Positions 49,915-61,270 of a DNA stretch of 64,000 nt are shown here, piece by piece. Location: NCBI GenBank assembly GCA_028534125.1, contig CM052816.1:50222001-50286000 (forward strand), in the 5' to 3' direction. Position 1 is the stretch's first letter. Each line of letters starts with the position of its first letter. The notes below the pieces were generated by a model. That model had not been told where the DNA came from, searched no databases, and saw only the letters and a list, made by a program, of their open reading frames with translations. This stretch comes from Lama glama (Eukaryota). Both the position numbers and the translations under genes were made by a program.

Positions 49915-52000
49915 TTTTTTTCCCTTCATTTTTTAACTCCTTTGAATAATCTTAGATTTATAAGAGTTGCAAAAACAGTACAGGGAGCTCCCATAGACCC
50001 TGCAGCCAGCTTCCTCAAAAATTAACACCTCACACAACAATGGCATTTTATCAAAAGTAAAAACCAACACTGGTGCAAATACTATTAACTAACCTTATTC
50101 AGGTTGCCTTAATTTTTCTACCAATGCCTTCTTCTGTTTCAGGACACAATTCATGATACCACACTACACTCACTTGTCCTGTCTTCTCAGTATCCTTCAA
50201 TCTGTCGGTCTCTCATGGCTGTGACACATTTGTGGCTGTGACACATTTGTGGTCAGGTATTTTGTAATATGACCCTCGGTTTGGATATGTCTAGTGTTTT
50301 CTCATGATTAGACTGTTATAGATTTGGGGGTAGAAACCCACAGAAGTGATGTGGCTTCTCAATACATCACATCAAGAGGCAGAGGGTTTTGATTGGTCTC
50401 ATCACTGGTGATGTTAACTATGATCTGCTGGTTAACTTGGTGTCTGCCAGGTTTCTCGAATGCAAAGTGGACTATTTTTCTCCTTCTATATTCTATTTTT
50501 TAGGAGTAAGTCACCAAGTTCAGCCCACACGCAAGGGGAGGATATTAAATTCCATCTTCTTGAATTTATGGACTACAGTAATTAATAAACATTTTGAAGG
50601 AGATACTTTGAAACTAGACAAACATCCTTAGGTGTTTCTACCCACTAATTTTAGCATTTGCCACTGGATCCTGCCTGCAGTGCATGGTACCGTGGTGTTC
50701 TATTAGTGATTTTCTCTTTCCTTAATTCCTTCTACATGTATTAATTGGAATTCTTCCATAAGGAGTATTTGTCCTATCTCTCCCATCTACTTATTTGTTT
50801 ATTTATGTAGTAATTTCTTTGTATCTGTGTGGATATGCGGATCTCTATTTCATTCCTTGACTTAGAATCCAATACAATTGCTATGTATTTTGTAGCTTAA
50901 ATTGTTACAGCTTTGGCTACTGGCAGCTTTCAGGCTGTCTCATATTTTTTTTCACAAGCCTGTATCTTAGTTTTTAAAAATTATTATTACTTCCTTACCT
51001 TCTGGTACAATAAGACACTCTATTCATCTTGTATTTTTCCCACCACATTCCTAGAATCAAAATTTCTCCAATGAGACCTAGTTCCTTTAAGTAGAGAATG
51101 AGCTTGTTTCAGCTAGGATGCCACTACTTCTAGGCCCTTTCAGCAGAAAGGGTTAGGACAAATAAATGTATCACACACACACACACACATATATATTTGT
51201 GTACCTATATGTAGATATATAATACACATATATAAATACATGTTATATAATTATTTTTATCTCTGTATACATGCAAATATCTATCTTTAAATAAACATGA
51301 GTTCATTTTGATCTCTCTGACTCTAACTCAGCATGGCAGTTTTCATTCCAGCATTCACTCCTGTTTTACTTCTAACTTCTCTGACAGTGAGAAACCAGGC
51401 TCTCAGTATCACTAAGTATTTACTCATTTGTTCGACCCTAATAATATACATGTACTAAGAATTGTGAAACTACACCCTATGAGGAAGAAATTTACCAACT
51501 AGAGCACAGTCTTCATGTACAGTTCCTTTTACATCTAATCTTACAGTTTCAGTCAAAACTCTGCTTTCCAACATTACTTAGGTCAGTTTCTTTCTTCCCC
51601 ACATGCTTCAATGAAGTTATTTTATACATTCATAATACAGTTAGATTCATTTGTCACACTCTGCATCCCATCCAGGGTTCTCCCGACATCCTGGTTAATT
51701 TTTCTTACACTTGCACACAGGTTGCTCGTTGTAAAGGACTATGATTTTTGACAAATGCAGAGAGTCATGTATCCAACCCCACAGTGCCATTCCGACCAAC
51801 TCTATGACCCTAAATTTCCCTGGGCTGCCACTCTGTAGTCAATTTTCCCATCCCTCCACCCAGAACCCCTGGAGATGGCTGATCTTTTTCCAAAATGACA
51901 TATAAATGGAATCATACTGCATGCAGACTTTTACGTATAGCTTCTTTCATTTAACAAAATGCAATTAAAATTCATACATGCTGTTGTGTGATTCGATAGT
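49915..52000 (-). mobile_element. Long L1MC/L1MD-like 3' region
   Basis: 'gaataatcttagatttataagagttgcaaaaacagtacag...atataaatggaatcatac'. Confidence 0.8.
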
Positions 52001-52074
52001 TTACACAGGAATTCTGCTTTTCAACAGCAACCTGTCATGTTTCTCTTGCAGGTGTGGAGGAGAGCTCCTAGAAA

Positions 52075-52540
52075 ATTCAGTATTTATTTGTTTACCCGAT
52101 AAACTCCTCCCTTGGGCTCAGCACTCTGTGCTAAGACCTGAGAGCTCATCAGTGAACAAGAAAGACTACAATACACTGTGATAACTGTGTGGAGACAGAA
52201 AAACTATTCAGAACCATGGAAGCATACTGAAGAGCTACCTTAACCAGTCAGCAGCTCAACAGACTTCACAAAGGAAGTGACATCTTGGCTGAAGGATAAA
52301 GAAAGAGTCAGAAGGAGGAGTTAAGAAGAGAAGTCACCCAGAACAGGTAAGGGTGCAAACAGTTCCAGGCAATAGGAACTGCACTTGGAAAGACCTGTTA
52401 GCATGTGAAGAAATGAAGTGTGTTCAGCAAAGACAAAATCTGAAGTCAGAAGCCGGAATAAAGTGAAGAATGTAGCAGGACCCATCAGGAATCGCTGTGA
52501 ACACCCTGTTCAAGTATGTGGACTTTATCCTGAGAGAAAC
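52075..52540 (-). mobile_element. L2 fragment
   Basis: 'agacttcacaaaggaagtgacatcttggctga...ggactttatcctgag'. Confidence 0.65.
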
Positions 52541-53479
52541 TGCCTACAGCAAGGCCTCAGGGTTCAAGCAGCCTTTGCCTCACAAGCTTGCAATTTCACC
52601 TCCTATTTAGCTCCCAGTTTTTTAGTGTGAACCACAGGGAAGTAAAATAGTCAACTTTGGAAAACACAGTAATTTTAATTTTCCTATTTTGAGGTTGAAG
52701 TGAATGCAGGAAGCTCCTGTGAAGCTTTGCTTTACTTCTATAGATGCCTACTCGCTTGTCCTAAGGGAGGAGATGACCAAGCATTTGGATTCAGAATTGA
52801 AAACATGTTTTTCTTTAGGAAGGAAAATAAACAAAAAACATAATGACAAAAGGTAAAACTCTGAATAAGATTAATGAGTTCATTGTGCTTCTAATAATAA
52901 GATTGGCTCAGAAAGTTGGCTTGTTTAGCAGATTTATTTTTCTCCTGAAGCCAGTCGACAACTCTATAGTCAAACTATGGATGTTTTCCCTGTACGTTGA
53001 CAGGCAAAGTGGTACAACTGAGAACGGAATTTAAGATGCAGAGAGTTGATCTTGTTGTGCCTAAAATATTTGCCTCTCTCCTTTTGTTTACTGACATATA
53101 ATTAACAGTATTAATGATTTAAAAGCAGACAAATAGCAGTATCAGACATCTCTTTTTTCCTTGAAAAAAGTATTTGATGAACATTTCAAATGTTCAAAAA
53201 AAGAATCTGACTGGAGGTCCACTGAATACGCCATACAAAGAAGCACTTGGACTGGTAAGTAACAAACAGTTAAGAAAATTTAAAATTTCTATCAGAAACA
53301 GTCTTTCAAAAACGGAATTTGAAAATGTTGTAACTCTGGCTAGCAATTTAGCCATCTTTCCTTACCCCTGCCATGAGTAATTAGCTAGTGATGCAAATCC
53401 AGACACTTATAATATTGTGACACCAAGCAGAAAAATATAGGCTGAACCAGCATTTAAAGTCTGCCACCCACACCTTCAC

Positions 53480-53650
53480 CAACACCATTTACAACTCCAT
53501 GTGGTAGGTACTATTAGTGTCCACATTTTACAGATGAGGGAAATGAGGCCTACAAAGGTTAGGTCATTGCTTAGGGTCACACATCTGTGAGTGGGCATGA
53601 GCTGGGATTGAACAAGATCCACTTGACTCCAAGTCCGTGGTTCCCATGTG
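53480..53650 (-). mobile_element. MIR
   Basis: 'gtaggtactattagtgtccacattttacagatgagggaaatgaggc'. Confidence 0.85.
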
Positions 53651-54124
53651 CTGTTTGCTATTTTCTATTTCAAATTTAGAATTTCATTTGCCAATCTTTT
53701 TATAACTGTGTGGCCATCCACTACACATTCCTAATTTGCTTAACCATACTTCTACTGAGTTGCATTAAAGCTGTTGTCAGTTTTCTGTTACCATGAAAAA
53801 AATGCAACCATTAAATCCTTATACCTATTTCTTTTCCCATTTGTGCAAGTGTATTCGTAGGATACATTCCTACGTACTATGCAGAAAAGCACAATATGAT
53901 TGATCGATTTAAAAATTTCTACATACTATAATAATGGAAACATTTAATCTGTTGATATAAAACTTAATGCTTCATGAAAGCCTTAATTCTTCTAGAGGTA
54001 GTAAAATGTAGTTTTTCTTTTCTTTGTAGCTATAGTCTATGACTGATCCTAGAGAACATAAAGTCACCAGGAAACCACAGTATGTGGAGAGTGGTACCTA
54101 CCTGTTAAAAAAAAATGTATGTAT

Positions 54125-54510
54125 GTTCTAGAGCCAGGATGGCATGAATTTTAACTTAGGTTCCATTTACTAGCTGTTAACTTTGAACACATTATTACTA
54201 TTTTCTAAGCCAGTTTTTCATGTGAGACAGCCTAACCACTAGTTTATACAAGGCTTTTTTGATCATTTAAGAGAATGCACGTAGAGCACTTAGTATCATA
54301 CCTGTCACGTAAAAAGTGGTCAATAAACACCCATTACTATTATGTGTCTATTAATTCTGTACATTTGTCTTTTGTATGTGTGGAAACATTTTTAGTATCC
54401 AAATCTCCAGGAGTTAGCATATTATTCATATTCTGTCCTTCAAAAATATTTTTTGAACACTTACTATGTACCAGGCACTGTTCTAGGTGTTGGGGACACC
54501 ATGGGCCCAC
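54125..54510. mobile_element. MIR (+, about 54125-54340) and L2 end (-, about 54425-54510)
   Basis: MIR core and tail; 'ttttgaacacttactatgtaccaggcactgttctaggtg'. Confidence 0.65.
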
Positions 54511-57374
54511 AGAAAAATGATTCATATTTAACAGCCATCCAAATTCTGTAGAAATCAGAATGTTTTAACGTATTTTTAACTTAAAAAAAGTATTAGTTAA
54601 AATAATATCCTCTGAAGCAGAATTTAGGGTGTTTAATTATAACTGTAAAGATCTGGTGTTACTTTAAATTGATTTTGATACTTGGCTAAAAATGAAAAAT
54701 GACACCACTGCTTATGGTTCAATGGCTAGTGGGAATTCTTTTTACAGCTGCCTTGTGTCATTTGTCTTGATTAGACACTTAAACAAGCCATTTTTTAAAT
54801 AATTTACAAGATCATTGTGTTTTATACCCTGGCTCCCGGATCACCAAAGAATACAGCTTAACCTTTACTTTCATCTATCCATGGAGAAAAAGAATATGTG
54901 ACAGGGTTTCTGAATCCTACATTTCAATTCACCTGCTTTAAAAATATCAGTTGAACTAAAATATTAACTGGTAACAATTGTGGGAAAAGGGAACTTAAAT
55001 GTATATTTCATTAGAGATATATTTTTGAACGTTCAATAATACATACATATATATACATTTTTTTTACATAGCCAGCAGTAGTATTTAGTGGATAAGTAGC
55101 AATCTTCTTATTGTTACTTAAGTCAATGTGTACGGTTTGGAAAAGTTAGTAAGGGATCAAAGTCTGCCCAGGATGATGTCATAACAAGGTAACATGAAGT
55201 CTGATTATGTGAAAAGCTGGATATTTACACAAAGAGGTCAGAAACCAGCTGGCTACATATAAACTAAAGAAAAACCAACAAATGTCCTAAGACAGTTCTT
55301 ACTCTTGATCTGCTACGGACTTGCAAACTTAGCACAATTTTGTAAGACCCAGATATTGAGAATGTTTTCTAAGTCAGCACAAAACACACTGAAAAATTTT
55401 TTGTGGCTTGCTACCCAGATTATCCTGGAGGCAATAAGAAATTGTGTTTATTTTCCCTTTGCATGATATTTTAAAATTATAATGTTTTTTTGAAAAACTG
55501 TAGCAACATTTTACCTTTAGGATTTAGAACAAAAATCCTCTTAGATTCAATAAAACAACTTGTGGCTATTTTTATACATGTTTTATTTTGATTCTACAGA
55601 TCTGAACATTTGTTCAAATTCGGTTTGGTGTGGAAATTCAATTGATTTGTCTGGCCTATCGTCAGTACGGGAAGAAACACTGAAACGTCGGCTCTGATTG
55701 TTTACCTCCCTCCCTCACTCTCTCCTTCCTTCTTTCCTTTACTTTGCTTCTTTCCTCCTCATTTCCCTCCTTTCTTTCCTTCTGTGTGCCCTCATTTACT
55801 TTTATCCCCGTTCCCTTCTTTTTTCAAGACTCTGAACTATCAACAACCAATATCATGGAGGACTACATAAATATATAAAAACTTGGGTCACTTATAGTGC
55901 AAAAATCATTACTGGATTGTTGAAACTATTTTATCTTCAACAACTATATTCATTCTCTTCAAAAGACTGAAGCTGTATTCTAAACTGGGTAATGGATTAT
56001 AGGAAGGAAAAGTTGAGCCAGAAATGTGGGGTCTCAGGGTTACTTCTTAAAGAGAGAGAAGACCCCAGAGTGAGAAAGAAAAGATGACGACAAATCAAAG
56101 CTGTATATTCAGGCCTAATAACGAGACCTGAAGTAGGCTAGGATCACAATTCTGGCATTAGATTGAAGATAAGATTCATTAAGTTCTTTGAAGAACTAAG
56201 AATTATAACTAACTGCTATGTTCATTCTACAATATCTTTATCAATTTTTCTGTTTTTTTTTAAACTCTTGATTGCCAAGATCATTGCAATACCATCTGAT
56301 TTTTATGAAGTTAAAAAGCATTCAATGTTGGCATATAGAGCCATTATACAAATTAGTATATTTAAACACCACTAAAGAAGTCCCACATGGGTATAATCCA
56401 TAGATTTTGTGGATCGAGATATATATTGTCTTATTGATAAACGTTAATGTCTAGTAGAATATAAAAGCATTACAGAGCCGCAAAGGCTGACATTCACTGA
56501 GAAACTCCTTTTCTGAACATTTGGTTTTAATAATCTTGAACTCTTTAACTCTTCCTTTAAATCTTTAACTCTTTCTTATACTTTCATAGACACTTCATCT
56601 GGCCAGTCTTTTAAAATAAAAGAAAAATGGGTAATGATCCCCTTTCAGCACAATATACTGTAGCGATGGACCACAGCCTCAAGCACCGAAAGGGCAAACA
56701 TACAAATGGTCGTAAAACAATTGTAATGTAATGAGCCACTTGTTTGTCACCATGACTCAGGGTACGCAGGCAGGGTCAAGATAAAACAGTTGTAACACAA
56801 AGCTACAATGTCAACTTACAGTTGGGCTGGGCCATTTTGTCTAAAACAATCACTCTCTCCCTTAGACCCCACCTCTTATTTTGCCCAATGTCTACCTCTG
56901 CTTCATGGTGCCTTGAAGTTAAAAGAATTTATGAAATAAAATTTGTTCTTTGAAGAGAACTTGTTTTTCTACTTCACATAAAAAGAGTGCTACCTAGCTT
57001 TTGCTTTTTCTTCCCAAGACTAGACAGGAGCTGCAGAAGTCTCAGAAAATCCAGACGCTATTCAAAGATCTCCTACAGGGTTATGAAGCCTTGACTTTCT
57101 CAGGAGAATGGAATTGCTTCCTTGGCAAATAAGGGATTGCTGTATATGAGTCATTCACTTATGGTAAGCCCTGATAGAGGTTTTGTTTTATATTTTCAAA
57201 GTGGAAAGAGCTTCTTTTTTTCCCCTCATAATTATAACAATATTTTGTGCTTACTCTGTACATATTAGGGAATCTAGAAAGTTAAGAGGTCTTAATTGTA
57301 GCTGTGCAACCATTTTGTTGCATTTTTGTGGTAATTTTTAATATGCATTCAAACAGAGTTGTTTACCAAAATAC

Positions 57375-57950
57375 TTTTTTGTAATTGTTGTGAAAAACAT
57401 AACAAAATCTTACAACCTTTACAATCTTAACCATTTTAAGGATAGAGTTTATTCACGTTGCTTTGAAACAGATCTCCAGTACTTTCTCATCTTATACAAC
57501 TAAAACTCTATGTCCATGAAGCATCAGGTATCCCCACAGCCCGTGGTAAGAACCACTCTGTTTCTACGAATTTGACTATTTTAGATACCTCATATAAATG
57601 GAATCATACAGTCTCCGTCTTTTTGTGAATGTCTTCAAGTTTCATCCATGTTACAGCCTGTGAAGGGATTTCCTCCCTTTATAAGGCTGAATTATACTCC
57701 CATTGTATGCATACACCACATCAAGTTTATCCATTCATCCATCAATAGACATTTGGGTTGCTTCTGCTTCCCAGCTATCAAGAATAGTGCTGCTATTAAC
57801 ATGGATGTGCAGTATTCATATTCCTTATATTTTTAAAAATTATGAACATTATAATGAACGTCTATGAACATAAATATTTGTATCATTAAGAAAATTCCTA
57901 GAAGTAGATTGCTGAGTCAAAGGCTATATGCATGAAAGATTAACCTATAT
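57375..57950 (-). mobile_element. L1MB-like 3' end plus an older L1ME piece
   Basis: 'gactattttagatacctcatataaatggaatcatacag...ccattcatccatcaatagacatttgggttgcttc'. Confidence 0.85.
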
Positions 57951-58132
57951 TTCAGAGTTATACATTCACAGGATACAGACCAAACATTATAAAATTTCTT
58001 ATGATCAAAATAATCATCTTTTCCATGCTTCCTCTTCCTCAGCCCAATGACTGACTAGATAAATCCAGAAGCAAATTTTGAAGTTGTTTTTGGTTTCATT
58101 CTCTTGATCACTTACCACGGCAATTCCAGATT

Positions 58133-58570
58133 ACTGGTTCTCAACCATGACTACACATTACAACCACCTCAGAAGCTATTAAAAAAAAATGTGGATCTCT
58201 GAACTCCATCCCAGACCATTTAAAGCGTAATCGCCTAAGGTGGGGTCTGCCCCTTTTTAAATAATATTTTTTATTTTTTATTTTTTTATTGATTCATAAT
58301 CATTTTACAGTGTTGTGTCAAATTCCAGTGTAAATAATATTTTTTAAATCTCCCCAGGTGATTCTAATAACACGTAGCCAAACCTGAGAATCACTGTTTT
58401 AGAAGAGTGCTATTCAAACTCTAATGTGCATATGAAACATTGATGGATCTTGTTAAAATGCAGACTCCTTTTCAGTAGTTCTGGGGGGTGGGGTTGGGGG
58501 GGGTTGCCGAGATTCAGCCTTTCTAACAGGTGATGTCAGTACTTTGGTGTATACACTTCGGTGTATCAAG
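58133..58570. mobile_element. Tandem MER5A- and MER5B-like fossils
   Basis: 'tggttctcaacc...ctccccaggtgattctaat...ctgagaatcactg' and 'gatcttgttaaaatgcagac'. Confidence 0.75.
58274..58330 (-). mobile_element. 57-bp L1 3' tail inserted into MER5A with a perfect TSD
   Basis: Minus strand reads 'cactggaatttgacacaacactgtaaaatgattatgaatcaataaaaaaa'; TSD taaataatatttttta at 58258-58273 and 58331-58346. Confidence 0.88.
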
Positions 58571-59479
58571 GAGCTTGATAACACAGGTATTCTTCTATGT
58601 AACTACTTTAGAAAATAGGCAGTGACTCCCTGAGATAAAAACAGGGATTTGCTTACTTTCCTTACCTCCTCTCTCCTCTTTCTTTCAGTGTTTGTTACAT
58701 CACTACTTTCAGTTTTACGACTGGTTACTTTTGTAATTTTAGATAATACAACAAAATTCCAGTTTCTTTTTATTTTGACACTCTTTCTTGATACTTAACC
58801 CCCATAAAAGATGAGATAATTAGTATCTCATTTTTAATTCCATCCTTCCTCTCAGAAAATTTTGTTCCATCTTTTGTGAGCTTTGCTTTGACATGTAGAT
58901 AATCCAGGTAGTTACTCTTCTCTCCTGCAACCACTGATAAATCTGCCATGTTATGTCCCGGGGTTGTCTCTTAAGGTAGAAAGCCCACAAACTGATTTCC
59001 CAGGGTTATGCTTTAGTGCAGAAACAGATCTATGCCATGACAAGGGAGGCACTAGGCTCCCAGTGCCTTCTCCGTGGGCCCTTGCATAGGAATCCGGGCC
59101 ACCCAAACACTAGTGTTCCTAGCGTGAGGGTCCATGAATTCCTTAAACTCCCAGCATTTAGTTTGCTTCCTGTTTTGATCAAGATTTTCTAGTACAACTT
59201 TTCCTCTGGTATTTCTGTTCCTTCCCACCTGCACCCCTTTTGTTATTTGTCCTTTAGTTTTTCTACAATCTAAGCCATGTACGCTATTCCACAAGCCACA
59301 GATTGTCCCAGAGGCCTATCCCTGGGGCTTGTGGTCTCACTCCCAGAGGCCTGCATGACCTGGGACATCTCTTTACTCCTTTCCTGGGTCGGATCTACTG
59401 GTCTCCCCTGCCTAGGTTACTGATCTGTTTTGTCCAAGCACTCAAGTAGCTTCGCAGAGATGACAAATAGGTATAAATG

Positions 59480-60200
59480 TACAAAGTGCTGGTGTCTTTG
59501 AAATTAGTTATAGAAAATTCTAGGTAGAAAATCATTTTACTTCAGAACTCTGAAGTTATCCTAGTCTCTTTTTTGGTGATTTGTGACTTTTTTCTTCCAA
59601 GGAGCTTTTAGTTTCTTCCTAATAATTATTTTATTCTGAAATTTCACCACAATGTGGCTAGGTCTTTTTTCATTTGTTGGGTTGAACATTCAGTGGGCCA
59701 TTTCAAACCAAAGATTCTTGCCCCTCTTTGGCTCCAGCCAAAAGTATCTTTCTATTATTTGCTTGAATAATTTCAGCACTTCTTTGCCTCTCTCTATCTT
59801 TCTCAGGCTTTTATTAGTTGAGTGTAAGTCCTCTCAATTTGCTCCTCACATTTTCCCTCTTCTGCTTATTGTTTAAAATTTTGGAAAATTTCTTTGATTT
59901 TTATTTTTTTTAGTATCTCTACTAAATTTTTAATTTTGGCAATTATATTTTAAATCTCTAATATCTCTTCTCATTATCTCATTGTTCTATTTATTGTTTT
60001 GTAGACATAATATTTCCATGAATATTTTTGAGAATATAAGGATAGTTTTCAAAGTTCCTTTTTGTTCCCTAAATCATTTCAGTTTACTCTAAGGATGCTT
60101 TTCTATTTGTTTCAGAATTTGGCATTTCTCTTTTCATATTGCTAGCTCTACTCACATTCTGGTGATTTCTCTGTTATTAAAACAGGGGGCCTGGGTAGAC
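59480..60200 (-). mobile_element. Ancient L1ME/HAL1-like ORF1-region fragment
   Basis: T-rich 'aaattctaggtagaaaatcattttacttcagaactctgaag...ttctgaaatttcaccacaatgtggctagg'. Confidence 0.6.
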
Positions 60201-60839
60201 GGTGTAGATGTTTCTGCTTTTGTGTGAATAAGTCTGTTTTCCTAGTAGGCCTCTTCCCTTCTTCTAGAATTTCTTCCCCGGGTGGGTCAGGCAGTGCTGA
60301 CTGGTGAACTCTGACTAAGGATCAATGAAGGGGGAGCTGCCTGTCAGGCTGAGTGCCTGCAAAATGTCCCTACGATAATGGCTTCCCTCTGAGGCACCAA
60401 CAAGTTAAAAAATGCCATCTTTTCCCAGTTTGTTCAATTGCTTTAGAAAGGAGTTATCATGTTTTGCCTGGGGTTAAAATACCGGCTGCCTGCACACTGC
60501 GTACATATTGGCGATGGGATGTTGACTGGAAGAATTTAGAACATATTCAGACCTTTAAATAATCTCTCTTTTTAGCTCCATCTTTCACTCCCTGCTCCAT
60601 TATGTCTGCTGACTCTACACCCAAGCCATCTCTGGGGTTTCACAGGGCAGATTCGCTTTCTTCCCCTACAGAGCTATTCCAGGCTGACGATTTCTCTGCC
60701 TTTTCTTCCAATGGCTCCTGTCTACTTTTTGAAGTCCAGAAATCACTAAACATCTCATCCTTTAGTCATACACCACCCCCACCCCCGCCACATTCTCTCC
60801 TGTCTGTTGTGCCAGGCTGCTGCCTTTTTTACTTTGCTT

Positions 60840-61270
60840 TTAGCCATTACTCACCATTCCTTTGCTCTGCTCTCCATCGCAGGGAAGCAAATGATGTGTC
60901 TGTGCCAACTGGCTTCCATCTAGGTTCAGCCAGTGGGAAACACGGGTGGGACTTTGAAGGGAAGGAAGAAAGGAGATGGCAGGATTTTTCTCTCTGCTCT
61001 TTCTCCCTTGGGCAGCATCTGTAGAAGTGGCTGCATTTCTTCCATCTTGACTAACATCTCTTGACCCCTGTTCCATGGTTCCAGCTCCTGGCACATAGTC
61101 CTGGCTCCTGGGCTCCAGCAGTAATGCCTTTTCCCAAGGTCCCTCTAGTTCCAGTGGTCGTAGGAGCACCTTTTTTTTTTTTTTTTAGATGTTCCTACAC
61201 CTTCATAAATAGTACCCAAGGTTGAGTTCTCTTTATTGAACTATTTGGCTCAATTTTCCTGACTGAACTC
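60840..61270 (+). mobile_element. LTR33-like ERVL LTR
   Basis: 'ctggcttccatctaggttcagccagtgggaaacac...gaagggaaggaagaaagg'. Confidence 0.6.

Noticed and set aside
60602..61169. Overlapping 140-aa and 109-aa ORFs
   Set aside because: They overlap an LTR33-like element and low-complexity DNA, with no recognisable protein.
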